From: a virus
Virus record (IMG/VR): IMGVR_UViG_3300028586_000004
Location: 1 to 60,645 of that record
Reading direction: 5' to 3' (one strand)
Length of the DNA stretch: 60,645 nt
The notes beneath the pieces are model-generated. The model was not told the origin of the DNA and did no database searches. It saw only the letters and a program-made list of their open reading frames with translations. The translations under genes were made by a program, and so were the position numbers. Shown here one piece after another: positions 17,638 to 25,550 of the stretch (positions are counted from its first letter, which is position 1; the number at the start of each line of letters is the position of its first letter).

Positions 17638-17780
17638 CGAGCCGCCTTCCGCAGGAGCTCGCGCATGTAGGCGCTGCGATCGCCGTTCGCGTGCTGGTCC
17701 AGCTGCCGGAGCTCGCCCGGGGTGAGCCGCACGATGACGCGCTCCGTCCGGGCCACGGGTCCGTCGGGCGGTCGTACCAT
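17634..17780 (-). CDS. ribbon-helix-helix protein (48 aa)
   Basis: Start ATG 17780 with RBS GAAGGGA. VIVRLTPGELRQLDQHANGDRSAYMRELLR is CopG/Arc-like. First gene of the packaging operon. Confidence 0.55.
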   Translation of the reverse strand: MVRPPDGPVARTERVIVRLTPGELRQLDQHANGDRSAYMRELLRKAAR

Positions 17781-17844
17781 GGGGGGCTTCCCTTCGTCGT
17801 TCAGTACGACGAAACTAGCACTGCCCATCTACAGACAGGACATC

Positions 17845-18516
17845 ATGGACAACGCACTCATCGCGTTCGAGCCGAACCTCGGCCTGACGCTCAAGCTCAT
17901 CATCGGCGTGGTGATCCCGCTCGCCGTCGGCCTCGTGACCACGCGCGTCACGGCGTCCGGCACGAAGGCGCTGCTCCTCGCGGCGCTCTCCCTCGTGGCC
18001 GGCGTGCTCACGGAGTTCGCCGCGGCCGTCGCGGCGGGTCAGACCTTCGAGCTCTTCGCCAGCCTGGCGGGCGCGCTCACGATCTTCCTGATCGCGGTCG
18101 GCACTCACTACGGCCTCTGGAAGCCGGTCGGCGCCTCGCGCGCGCTGCAGGCGGTCGGCGCCACGGGCCTCCCCGATGTGAACCCGGACTACGACCTCGT
18201 CCCCGGTGGCCCCGACGTGAGGGGTGAGTCCTACAGCACGCCGGCCTCCGCGCCAACGGCACCCAAGGTGGTCCTCTTCGCCGCCAGCCCGCAGGACTCG
18301 ACGAATTACCGGCGCGCGCACGAGCGCACATTCGTGGGCAACCGCGCGCAGACCCTGTCGATCTACAACCTCGACGCCCTCCGCGGTTACTCGATCGATG
18401 AGATCCTGGTGACGCCAATGGCCAACGCGAGCCTGACCGATGCGCAGCGCGCGCAGCTCTACACCTACGCGCGGCTCGGCGGCAGCGAGAATCCGGTGCA
18501 CTACCTCGGCAGCTAG
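17845..18516 (+). CDS. membrane protein, holin-like N-terminus plus ~90-aa C-terminal domain (223 aa)
   Basis: Start ATG 17845 (RBS ACAGGA). Three to four hydrophobic helices. It is the only plus-strand gene inside the minus-strand arm, and its TAG stop lies in a palindrome copy. Confidence 0.65.
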   Translation: MDNALIAFEPNLGLTLKLIIGVVIPLAVGLVTTRVTASGTKALLLAALSLVAGVLTEFAAAVAAGQTFELFASLAGALTIFLIAVGTHYGLWKPVGASRALQAVGATGLPDVNPDYDLVPGGPDVRGESYSTPASAPTAPKVVLFAASPQDSTNYRRAHERTFVGNRAQTLSIYNLDALRGYSIDEILVTPMANASLTDAQRAQLYTYARLGGSENPVHYLGS

Positions 18517-18526
18517 CCAGCTAGTC
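18511..18526. repeat. CTAG palindrome copy (AGCTAGCCAGCTAGTC)
   Basis: Contains the TAG stop of 17845..18516. CAGCTAGTCGCACGG is identical to the copy at 26454. Confidence 0.8.
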
Positions 18527-18534
18527 GCACGGAC

Positions 18535-18569
18535 AAGCGCCCCACTCCACCGGGAGGAGAGGGGCGCTT
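18535..18569 (+). terminator. 9-bp-stem hairpin after palindrome
   Basis: AAGCGCCCC-17 nt-GGGGCGCTT read directly. Confidence 0.55.
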
Positions 18570-18609
18570 CGTTCATCCACGAGCACGAACACCGACACGG
18601 TAGCACGAC

Positions 18610-18644
18610 GAAGGCCCCGCGCTTTACCCGAACGCGGGGCCTTC
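18610..18644. terminator. 12-bp-stem bidirectional hairpin
   Basis: GAAGGCCCCGCG-11 nt-CGCGGGGCCTTC, between convergent genes 17845..18516 (+) and 18763..19215 (-). Confidence 0.7.
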
Positions 18645-18762
18645 CATGCTCATCCTCACCTACCCGAAAGGGGGACGGTGGAGACTCTACATCACGTGGT
18701 GAGCCGTCTCAATCCCGTCTGACGTTCGCACACGACTGTCGACTTGCTCTCCACGGAACGAA

Positions 18763-19215
18763 TCACTCCTCCTTCATCATCCCCTGCGCGAGCCCCAGCT
18801 CCCGCAGACGGAGCACGCGCTCCGACGACTTGCCCTTCCACACGAACTCCGGCGACAGCGCCAGCCGGCGCCCCCGGCGGATGATGACGCCGCGCTCGAT
18901 CAGCGACGCCACCACCCCCGACGCGTTCGACGGCTTCATCCCCGTGCCCTCTGCGATGTCCTTGAGGAATACCGGTGAGGACCCGTCGGTCGAGATCGTC
19001 GACATCATGTACGCGACCACGCTCCACTCGCGCCCGGTGAGGCCCGCCTTGGCGAGCTCCCCCCAGGCGGCGAGGAAGACGAGCGCGAACTCCTCCCTAA
19101 ATCGAGTGTCGGCGGCCCGGCGCTTGCGTGCGCCAGCTTCGCCGGTCTCGCGGAGGACGACCTTGTTGCCCGCCTCCTCGATCAGCTCGAACTCGCGGAG
19201 GATCCTGCCCGGCAC
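18763..19215 (-). CDS. winged-helix DNA-binding protein (150 aa)
   Basis: GTG start 19215 (TAGTG overlap). FLKDIAEGTGMKPSNASGVVASLIERGVIIRRGRRLALSPEF is a MarR/wHTH-like motif. Confidence 0.5.
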   Translation of the reverse strand: MPGRILREFELIEEAGNKVVLRETGEAGARKRRAADTRFREEFALVFLAAWGELAKAGLTGREWSVVAYMMSTISTDGSSPVFLKDIAEGTGMKPSNASGVVASLIERGVIIRRGRRLALSPEFVWKGKSSERVLRLRELGLAQGMMKEE

Positions 19216-19712
19216 TAGCCGACGTGGTCGACGATGGCGATGGGCCCGCGCGCTCCGGCGAACTCCCGCACCTGCACCCAGGTGTGGCCCACCTGTCCGT
19301 TGCGCGTCCACCCCAGGCCCGAATCGTGGTACCACCGGGACTTCGCGCTCGTGTCGGTGAGGCCGCCGTGCTCGAAGACGACGTTGTGCGGCGCCTCCTC
19401 GTGCGGCAGGGTCATCAGTGTCGTGCCGATGCCCCACGGACCCGCCTCCTCTGGCATGCGCGGCTCCGCGGGTGCGGGCGCCGAACCCGCGGAGCCGACG
19501 TCGACCAGCCCGAACACGGATCCTTCTGCCGTCAGGTCGACGTCGCGGACCATGAGCTCCCGCTCAGTGCGCTTCGTGATCGTCGCCCCCTCGACGCCGT
19601 CGAGCAGGAAGCCGAACGCGAGAGCCTGCTCCTCGTCCTCCAGGTTCAGGACGATCTGCTTGATGTTGTCGTGCGCCGGCACGACCAGCTGGTAGATGGT
19701 GGACTCAGCCAT
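19215..19712 (-). CDS. hypothetical protein (165 aa)
   Basis: ORF track; unbiased composition; coupled to neighbouring genes. Confidence 0.65.
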   Translation of the reverse strand: MAESTIYQLVVPAHDNIKQIVLNLEDEEQALAFGFLLDGVEGATITKRTERELMVRDVDLTAEGSVFGLVDVGSAGSAPAPAEPRMPEEAGPWGIGTTLMTLPHEEAPHNVVFEHGGLTDTSAKSRWYHDSGLGWTRNGQVGHTWVQVREFAGARGPIAIVDHVG

Positions 19713-19971
19713 TGTGGCTCTCCTCGGTCTCGAGTGGAAAGGGAAGGTGGGCGATCTCGTCGCCCCGGATCCAGTGCGGGGTGCCGCCCTGGAGGAAGGT
19801 CTGCCGCACGTGATGCGGCGGGGTGGACAGCTCGAAGATCTGGAGCGGGTTCCCGGTCTCCCGGATGTGCGCCGCGACCTGGTCGAGGTGCTGGCCGAAG
19901 GTGATGAAGGGCTGACCGAACAGGCCGATCACGAGGATCGGGGAGGCCGGGTCGATCTCCTCGCCGGTCAC
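19705..19971 (-). CDS. hypothetical protein (88 aa)
   Basis: ORF track; 8-nt overlap with the downstream gene. Confidence 0.6.
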   Translation of the reverse strand: MTGEEIDPASPILVIGLFGQPFITFGQHLDQVAAHIRETGNPLQIFELSTPPHHVRQTFLQGGTPHWIRGDEIAHLPFPLETEESHNG

Positions 19972-20288
19972 GATCGCCCCAAGGGGGGTCGCACCATGCC
20001 GGAGTCGCTGTAACGCGCAAAGAGGTCGCGCGCCGCGTGAAGCCGCTTCATAGCGTCGTTATGCTCGCTGCGCACTGCCTCCACGGCCTCGTCTAGCGCG
20101 CGCTCCTCGACCGCCTTAGCGGCCGAGACGACGGCGCCGCGCGCCGCGGCCAGTACCTCAACGAGCTCCGCGAGGTCAGCCACATCTCGGGCCGCCTCAA
20201 TGAAGCTGCGCGCGGGCGGCCGCTCCTGCATGGTGCCGGCGTTCGGGTCCGTGTTTATCTCGCCCGCACGCGGGTCTGGGCGGCTCAT
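19968..20288 (-). CDS. hypothetical helical protein (106 aa)
   Basis: ORF track; ATGA-type overlaps on both sides. Confidence 0.6.
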   Translation of the reverse strand: MSRPDPRAGEINTDPNAGTMQERPPARSFIEAARDVADLAELVEVLAAARGAVVSAAKAVEERALDEAVEAVRSEHNDAMKRLHAARDLFARYSDSGMVRPPLGRS

Positions 20289-20752
20289 CGCGGGCCCGCC
20301 AGCTCATCGATGCGACGCTTCTCCGCCGCCGCCTCGGCCGCCTCGATGGCCGCTTCGGTCTCGGCGAGCGTCTTCCATGGGCCCTCGTAGCGGTCGCCGT
20401 CGACGAGAAGCACCACGCGGGAGACGACCTCCCAGAGCTCGGGGTTCGGGCGCCCGTCACGGCCGGCCTGCGCCTCCTCGGCGCTGTCGCAGATCCAGAT
20501 CGCGTCGCCCGGGTTCGCGCGGTAGGCGAACTCGCCGATCGCGGGGGCCGGCTCGTCGCCACCCGGGCGGCGGAGCTGGATCGTGATGTCGTCGCGCTCG
20601 AAGTTGAACTCGCCATCCAGGAACGCCTCGGCGATGGCCTCTTCGGCTTCCTCGGTCAGCCCGCTGTCGCGCGTTGCGTCGACGTCCTCGGCGTCGGGAA
20701 GTGAGCGCAGCTGCTGGCGCGTGTCGATGTGGAGGTAGGGCAGGTCGGTCAC
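20285..20752 (-). CDS. hypothetical acidic protein (155 aa)
   Basis: GTG start 20752 (GTGA overlap with the stop of 20749..21207). The upstream 65 codons of the tracked ORF are junk. Confidence 0.6.
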   Translation of the reverse strand: MTDLPYLHIDTRQQLRSLPDAEDVDATRDSGLTEEAEEAIAEAFLDGEFNFERDDITIQLRRPGGDEPAPAIGEFAYRANPGDAIWICDSAEEAQAGRDGRPNPELWEVVSRVVLLVDGDRYEGPWKTLAETEAAIEAAEAAAEKRRIDELAGPR

Positions 20753-21207
20753 GATGCGTCCTTCGGGTCGGTGGTCCAGCGGGTGTAGGTGTAGTCGGTC
20801 GAGCCGTCCGCGGTGGTGGCCGCGACGGCGTAGCGGGTGACGATGTCGCGCGCCTGCTCGAGCGCCTCGACCTTGGCCGCGGCGGCCGCGCGGTCCGGCA
20901 CGAGGTGGACGAAGGCGCGCCGGTCGCGAGCGAGGCGAGTCCCCCACTCCTGCGTGGCCGAGAGCGCGGGCCGAGTAGGGGCCGGCGCCGAGAGCATGCC
21001 GAACTGCTCCGCCAGCCGCATGCTCTGCTCGAGCAGGGGCTGCACCTGGATCATGTACTTCTCCATGGCGTCGAGCAGCTGGACCTTCGCGGCCTCGGCT
21101 TCGTGCAGCGCCTGCGACAGGCTCACGACGGGAACCCGCTTGTGATCCGAGGTGGCTTCATTGAGGTGCGGGAGGTCGCCGGAGTCGAACTCGTAGCGGC
21201 CCATCAC
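20749..21207 (-). CDS. hypothetical protein (152 aa)
   Basis: ORF track; plausible composition. Confidence 0.65.
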   Translation of the reverse strand: MMGRYEFDSGDLPHLNEATSDHKRVPVVSLSQALHEAEAAKVQLLDAMEKYMIQVQPLLEQSMRLAEQFGMLSAPAPTRPALSATQEWGTRLARDRRAFVHLVPDRAAAAAKVEALEQARDIVTRYAVAATTADGSTDYTYTRWTTDPKDAS

Positions 21208-21410
21208 TCCCCCTCGCGCGGCGGAACCGAACCCGTGCCTGCGCCCGAAGGGCGCTCTTCGCGCTCGGCCGACTTCGCGAGCAGGTGGTCAGCGATCATG
21301 CCGGCCACCTTGCTGCTCGGGAAGCCGTCGTGTCCGCCGTCGGGCCAGGCGGCGGTGCGGATGTCGTCGACGATCTGCTCGCGGGTTCCGGCGTACTCCA
21401 GCGCGCTCAC
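21204..21410 (-). CDS. hypothetical protein (68 aa)
   Basis: GTG start 21410 (GTGA overlap). This is the C-terminal part of the tracked 362-aa ORF, the rest of which is R/P junk. Confidence 0.5.
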   Translation of the reverse strand: MSALEYAGTREQIVDDIRTAAWPDGGHDGFPSSKVAGMIADHLLAKSAEREERPSGAGTGSVPPREGE

Positions 21411-22150
21411 GAGAGGGTCCCATCGAGCTGCGCAGCCTCGATGGCCGTGACGAGGCTGGTGGCCGCCTCCTGCGATGCGCGATCGGTCAGCAGGTGCTGG
21501 TCCTCGAGGTGCTTCGCGATGAAGCCGGTCAGCTGCTGGCGGTTGGGGCCCTGGCCCGGCATCCGCTTCGTCGGTGTGCTGCCGTTGGTGAGCAGCATCT
21601 CGACGAGAGCGACGATGCGAACCTGCTGGGTGTCGGTGAAGCCGCGCTGACGGAGCCGCAGCTGGAGGCGCGTGCAGAACGCCTCGAGGTCGAGCTCCTC
21701 GGCGACGGCGACCAGGCCGACGGGCTGAGCCACGGCCTCGGACAGCCAGCGGCTCGACGAGCGCACGAGAGCGTCGGCGATGTCGGCGGTCATGGCGGTG
21801 GCGACGGGGCCGGTGATGCCCTTGCCGAGCAGCGTCTGGAAGATCGTCTCCTCCATCTCGACCGGGATGAGCTCGAGGGCGAGGTTCTTCGGCTCGGGCT
21901 GCGTGGCACGCGGGCCCTCGACGTTCGGCTCGGCGTCGACGACCGGCTCGACGCGCTCGAAGCTGACGCTGGGGATGATCACGTTGCCGCCGGCCAGGCG
22001 CCCCGCCTCCATGGTGATGTCCTTCTCGGCGTAGCGAGTCAGGCCGGTCGGGGTGCGGTCGTCGAGGAAGCTCTCGCCGAGGCCGTCGAGGTCGATGTCG
22101 AAGGTGACGCGCGTGTAGTTCGGCACGTCGGTGGATCGGATGTCGTTCAT
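21407..22150 (-). CDS. hypothetical protein, paralog B of the DDRTPTGLxRY family (247 aa)
   Basis: The N-terminal ~80 aa align with 22474..22992 (VTFD..DDRTPTGLTRYAE..GNV..EP). Confidence 0.7.
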   Translation of the reverse strand: MNDIRSTDVPNYTRVTFDIDLDGLGESFLDDRTPTGLTRYAEKDITMEAGRLAGGNVIIPSVSFERVEPVVDAEPNVEGPRATQPEPKNLALELIPVEMEETIFQTLLGKGITGPVATAMTADIADALVRSSSRWLSEAVAQPVGLVAVAEELDLEAFCTRLQLRLRQRGFTDTQQVRIVALVEMLLTNGSTPTKRMPGQGPNRQQLTGFIAKHLEDQHLLTDRASQEAATSLVTAIEAAQLDGTLS

Positions 22151-22153
22151 GGG

Positions 22154-22477
22154 TTACTCCTGGTCTTCGGTCGGGTCGGTGAGGTTGTCGTCGGGGCGGA
22201 AGTCGTCGCCCAGGTCGGCGACGTACGCGACGTTGGATGCGGCGGCGATCTGGTCCAGCCGTGCGATGGAGCCGGTGAGGAACTCGCGCCACCTGGTCGG
22301 CTCCGGACCGGACTTCCCGTGCAGGGCCCGCAGCTGGCGCACGAGCTCGTCGTCGCCGGGGTTCTCGTCAAGCCCGAGCACTTCGCTGACGACGTCACGG
22401 AAGCGGTCGCAGGTGTCGGAGGCGATCTTGTAGGCAGCCCTGAGGTCATAGTCTCCGGTGGGCTGGACGCCCATCAT
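22154..22477 (-). CDS. hypothetical acidic protein (107 aa)
   Basis: ORF track; lies between the two paralogs. Confidence 0.6.
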   Translation of the reverse strand: MMGVQPTGDYDLRAAYKIASDTCDRFRDVVSEVLGLDENPGDDELVRQLRALHGKSGPEPTRWREFLTGSIARLDQIAAASNVAYVADLGDDFRPDDNLTDPTEDQE

Positions 22478-22992
22478 CGGCCAGCCTCGCCGTCCTGCTC
22501 AGGGGCGCCGCCGAGGATCCCGTCCGCCACCTCGGCGGCGACGGCCTGGAGGACGGGGCCCTCGACGCCCTTGCTCAGGTAGACCGCGGTGATCCGGCCG
22601 ATCATCTCGTCGCGCGAGATCGGCCAGGTCTTCGTGTCGCCCAGGGTGATGCGGTTCGTGATGCCGTCAACGAGGTGCTGGACGAAGCTCTTGTCGAGCG
22701 GCAGCACCTGCGCGTCGCTGCCGGCGGCATGGATGATCTTGAGCAGCTGCTCGCTGATGTACCGCTCGTCGGCAGGTGAATCAAGCTCGGGCTCGACGGC
22801 CTCCATGGTGATGCTGTCGACGAAGACGTTGCCGTAGGCGAGGGCCTCGACGGAGCCGCGGAGCTGCTGCTCGCCGTAGCGGCTGAGGCCGGTGGGCGTG
22901 CGGTCGTCGGCCCAGACGTTCAGGTCGTCGGACTGCGGGTCGAACTCGAAGGTGACGCGCACGGGGCGGTCGATCGGATTGGTGTCTGACAC
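22474..22992 (-). CDS. hypothetical protein, paralog A of the DDRTPTGLxRY family (172 aa)
   Basis: Start moved from GTG 23031 to GTG 22992 (RBS AAGGCAGGA). This matches the N-terminus of paralog B and leaves the DnaA box intergenic. Confidence 0.6.
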   Translation of the reverse strand: MSDTNPIDRPVRVTFEFDPQSDDLNVWADDRTPTGLSRYGEQQLRGSVEALAYGNVFVDSITMEAVEPELDSPADERYISEQLLKIIHAAGSDAQVLPLDKSFVQHLVDGITNRITLGDTKTWPISRDEMIGRITAVYLSKGVEGPVLQAVAAEVADGILGGAPEQDGEAGR

Positions 22993-23023
22993 GGGGTAGG
23001 TTCCTGCCTTGTTGGGTGGTGAG

Positions 23024-23032
23024 TTATCCACA
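23024..23032 (+). promoter_or_regulatory. perfect DnaA box TTATCCACA
   Basis: Read directly. The 12-mer GTTATCCACAGC is shared with the box at 33597. Confidence 0.6.
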
Positions 23033-23049
23033 GCTCGGGGGCTGTATTT

Positions 23050-23088
23050 GTTATGCTACAGCAGAAAAAGCATATGCTGGAGCATAAC
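23050..23088. repeat. AT-rich 13-bp inverted repeat (12/13) with 13-nt spacer
   Basis: GTTATGCTACAGC-agaaaaagcatat-GCTGGAGCATAAC. The surrounding 80 bp are about 43% GC by hand count, in a genome that is roughly two-thirds GC. Confidence 0.8.
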
Positions 23089-23150
23089 TCGGTGTTCTGT
23101 GTGAAAACAGCTCTGATCAGGTCGAAGTAGGGGGTACCCAGATCCTCTCT

Positions 23151-23798
23151 CTATCTCTCTTCAATCTCACTTGACTTATCCACACCCCCTCGTGGCACTG
23201 TCTCTGCGGCACCCGGACGGGGCAGGAGACTACCCCAGTCGACGCCCGGCAGGTCGAGGAGCCAGCGGTCCATCGCCAGCTGTTGCCTCTCGGCCAGCAC
23301 GGACGACACCTCGGTCAGGATCTCCAGGCCCATCTCCCTCTGCTCGCCCCACCTCGGCGCCAGCGGCCCCTCCAGGGCGGCCAGCCGGCGCTCGATGCGC
23401 CGCAGCTCGATGAGGCGGGCAAGCTCCGCGTCCTGCTGACGTCGATGGGCCGCCCGCGCGCCCCGTCCAGTCGCCCGATCGGCGATCAGCGCGTCGAACC
23501 GAGCGCGCATCGCGGCCAGATCGGCGCGAGGAGCCACCTGGGGCTGCGAACGGGCGCTCTCGGCTCCGTAGACCAGCGGGATCCCGCCAGCGGCCCGCAC
23601 GGCGGCCTCCAGCACCCAGCTCGGGAGCAGCCCGTCGTCCACCGGGACGTACGAGACCACCGTCTGCGGCGTCGACAGGCGCTCGTCGCCCTTCATGTAC
23701 GTCCGATGCGTCACCCGCCACGCCAGCTGCCCGTCCTCGAGCTGCACCAGCTCCTTCATGGAGTCGGTGACCATCTGGATCACGTAGTCGTCGGCCAT
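23151..23798 (-). CDS. hypothetical protein (215 aa)
   Basis: ORF track; plausible composition. The second DnaA box lies in its last codons. Confidence 0.65.
   Translation of the reverse strand: MADDYVIQMVTDSMKELVQLEDGQLAWRVTHRTYMKGDERLSTPQTVVSYVPVDDGLLPSWVLEAAVRAAGGIPLVYGAESARSQPQVAPRADLAAMRARFDALIADRATGRGARAAHRRQQDAELARLIELRRIERRLAALEGPLAPRWGEQREMGLEILTEVSSVLAERQQLAMDRWLLDLPGVDWGSLLPRPGAAETVPRGGVDKSSEIEER
23176..23184 (+). promoter_or_regulatory. perfect DnaA box TTATCCACA
   Basis: Read directly. Same orientation as the box at 23024, 152 bp away. Confidence 0.55.
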
Positions 23799-23947
23799 CA
23801 GCGCAGTCCATCCGGGTACGTGAACGGCACGAGGGCCGCCGGGTCGCCCTCGCGACGCATCTGCGCGTGTGCCAGCACCGATCGGGCGATGTAGTCGGCC
23901 GTCACGGCGGTCGCGACGCCCAGGACGAAGCCGATCACGGCCTTCAT
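23798..23947 (-). CDS. small membrane protein (49 aa)
   Basis: Below the track cutoff. Translation is MKAVIGFVLGVATAVTADYIARSVL... ATGA overlap upstream and TGATG overlap downstream. Confidence 0.55.
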   Translation of the reverse strand: MKAVIGFVLGVATAVTADYIARSVLAHAQMRREGDPAALVPFTYPDGLR

Positions 23948-24228
23948 CGGCGCGCTCTCAGCGCGGAGCCCAGGAATCGCTCCACGAGAGTGCCGCTAGG
24001 GCGGGTTCCGGGCAGCATGTACCGCTCAAGCTCGCTCAGGCGACGGTTCGACGCTTCCTGCTCGGCGTTCAGCAGCTCCTTGAGTGCCCGCTTCGTCAGG
24101 CGCCAGTGCATCGGCCCGAACACGTGAACATCGACGTCGTGCTCGCGGCGGATCTTCGCGACCAGTCGGCCCTTGTGGCCAATCAGCGGGCGGTCCTCGT
24201 ACTTCCAGGAGTACCTCGGCAGCTTCAT
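23944..24228 (-). CDS. hypothetical basic protein (94 aa)
   Basis: Internal ATG 24228 of tracked ORF 23944..24513, with an ATGA overlap with the upstream stop. Confidence 0.6.
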   Translation of the reverse strand: MKLPRYSWKYEDRPLIGHKGRLVAKIRREHDVDVHVFGPMHWRLTKRALKELLNAEQEASNRRLSELERYMLPGTRPSGTLVERFLGSALRARR

Positions 24229-24557
24229 CGCCCGATCTCCTGCACTCCGTCGTCGGTCGACTGCACGTCGACACCCTGACGCTCCTCGAACGCCCGGATC
24301 CACGCGTCGTACCACGTCGCGTTCTCGTCCGTGCGTTCGATCGGGCTGTCGAACATCGGATGCAGCAGCTGGGCTTCCGTGCTGACTCCGTTCGAGTCCA
24401 CGCGAGCGCGCTTGCGCAGCCGGGGCCGGCACATGCCGGTGTGCTGCACGAGCATCTCGCCTGCCCATCGCTCCATCACGTCGGCGTCGGGGAACAGGTC
24501 GGCCGCGGTCCACCCGCGCTCGGCCATGTAGTCCACCTTCATCTGGTCGTCGTCCAT
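24225..24557 (-). CDS. hypothetical protein, first gene of the leftward arm (110 aa)
   Basis: Start ATG 24557 with RBS GAGAGGAG. Confidence 0.6.
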   Translation of the reverse strand: MDDDQMKVDYMAERGWTAADLFPDADVMERWAGEMLVQHTGMCRPRLRKRARVDSNGVSTEAQLLHPMFDSPIERTDENATWYDAWIRAFEERQGVDVQSTDDGVQEIGR

Positions 24558-24631
24558 CGGACGGCTCCTCTCGTTGTTATGCCCTAGCATACATTATGGC
24601 TGACACAATAGGTACCCCCCGAGAGGGCACA

Positions 24632-24637
24632 TCTCTA
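24632..24637 (-). promoter_or_regulatory. -10-like TAGAGA preceded by GGGG (candidate leftward promoter)
   Basis: The minus strand reads CCGGGGTAGAGAT, the same GGGGTAGAG core as at 31420 and 34349. No good -35 element. Confidence 0.3.
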
Positions 24638-24772
24638 CCCCGGTATCGCCCCACACCGGACCCTAGTTCTGTCAGCCCATATGGTGCCCCACACCGCACT
24701 CGGACAGGGCGACGGTGACCGAGCTCACAGCGCGTGAGCTATCCCTTTCCCCTGGGGTGCGGGGGTCCCTCA

Positions 24773-24840
24773 CGTCACCGCGACCCCCCGTCACCGGGCA
24801 GCGGCATCGGCGACATCACCGCATCGTCACGCCCGTCACC
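24773..24840 (+). repeat. cluster of five CGTCACC-like heptamers
   Basis: CGTCACC at 24773, 24789 and 24834; CATCACC at 24814; CGTCACG at 24825. Located in the divergent control region. Confidence 0.5.
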
Positions 24841-24995
24841 CCCCTGGGCCCACCGCAAGGTCCTTCCTGCACGTCAGGCAGGCGCACGCGCGCGCGGTTG
24901 GGGCACGCGGGCGCGCACGCGGGTGCCTGCGCGGGGGTGGCAGGGCTCGACCTGGTCTGCCGGGAAACCGCGACACGCCCGGGATGCAGCCCCGC

Positions 24996-25025
24996 TTGAC
25001 GGGGTAGACGCCTACCCCGTAGCTT
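24996..25025 (+). promoter_or_regulatory. candidate rightward promoter TTGACG-18 nt-TAGCTT
   Basis: Read directly. The whole spacer is the inverted repeat GGGGTAGACGCCTACCCC. Confidence 0.5.
25001..25018. repeat. inverted repeat GGGGTAG-acgc-CTACCCC (operator-like)
   Basis: 7-bp arms. Near-identical to the repeat at 41750-41766. Confidence 0.8.
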
Positions 25026-25418
25026 CATCACATGCCAGCCGGGAAAGCCCGGCAGGCAGGCCCCCCACGGAGGGCCGCACGCAGCTTCACAACTCCACAC
25101 GGACACCCACTCCACGGCAGCACCTAGCTCGGCTGCACGGGAGCACACCTAGGCGCAGGCCGCACAGCCGGAAGGCAGCACCCGCCACGCTAGGCACCCC
25201 CACCGTGGGGACCCACCCGGCCTCCGTTCACACAAGGGAACGAACGGAGGTCGGCTAGGGCTCACGGCCCACCAGAGGGGACGCGCACGGCAAGACAGCT
25301 ACCCGCCTCTCCTCTCCCCCTCATCGCGGGGAGCTGCACGGCACGGTCGGTGTCGCGCTGCACCGTCTCTCTCCCCCTCCTCATCACGACTCCCGCGACG
25401 CTCCACGAAGGGCTCATC

Positions 25419-25544
25419 ATGTTCCGTTTCCTCATCACCACGCTCCGCCGTCTGACGTACTCCACCGCACCGGTCCCGCTGGGGCTGGCTGCTCCGGCTG
25501 TCACCGCGACGCCGGTTCCGCTGCCTGCTCCTCGCGGGCTGTAG
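25419..25544 (+). CDS. possible small protein MFRFLITTLRRL.. (41 aa)
   Basis: ATG has the leader GAAGGGCTCATC, similar to neighbouring genes. Pro/Ala-rich and uncertain. Confidence 0.35.
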   Translation: MFRFLITTLRRLTYSTAPVPLGLAAPAVTATPVPLPAPRGL

Positions 25545-25550
25545 CTTCAC

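Noticed and set aside
22993-23031. GTG 23031 as the start of the paralog A gene, which would place the DnaA box in coding sequence.
   Set aside because: GTG 22992 has an RBS (AAGGCAGGA) and gives an N-terminus that aligns with paralog B. The upstream 13 codons have no support.
24390-24398. A tRNA T-loop-like GTTCGAGTC.
   Set aside because: No flanking T-stem, acceptor or anticodon arms can be drawn, and it lies inside the coding gene 24225..24557. No tRNA was found anywhere by eye.
24734-25258. 174-aa and similar ORFs inside the 24558-25639 control region.
   Set aside because: Arg/Pro/Gly-rich translations, no RBS or coupling, and they cross promoter-like and repeat elements. Treated as non-coding.
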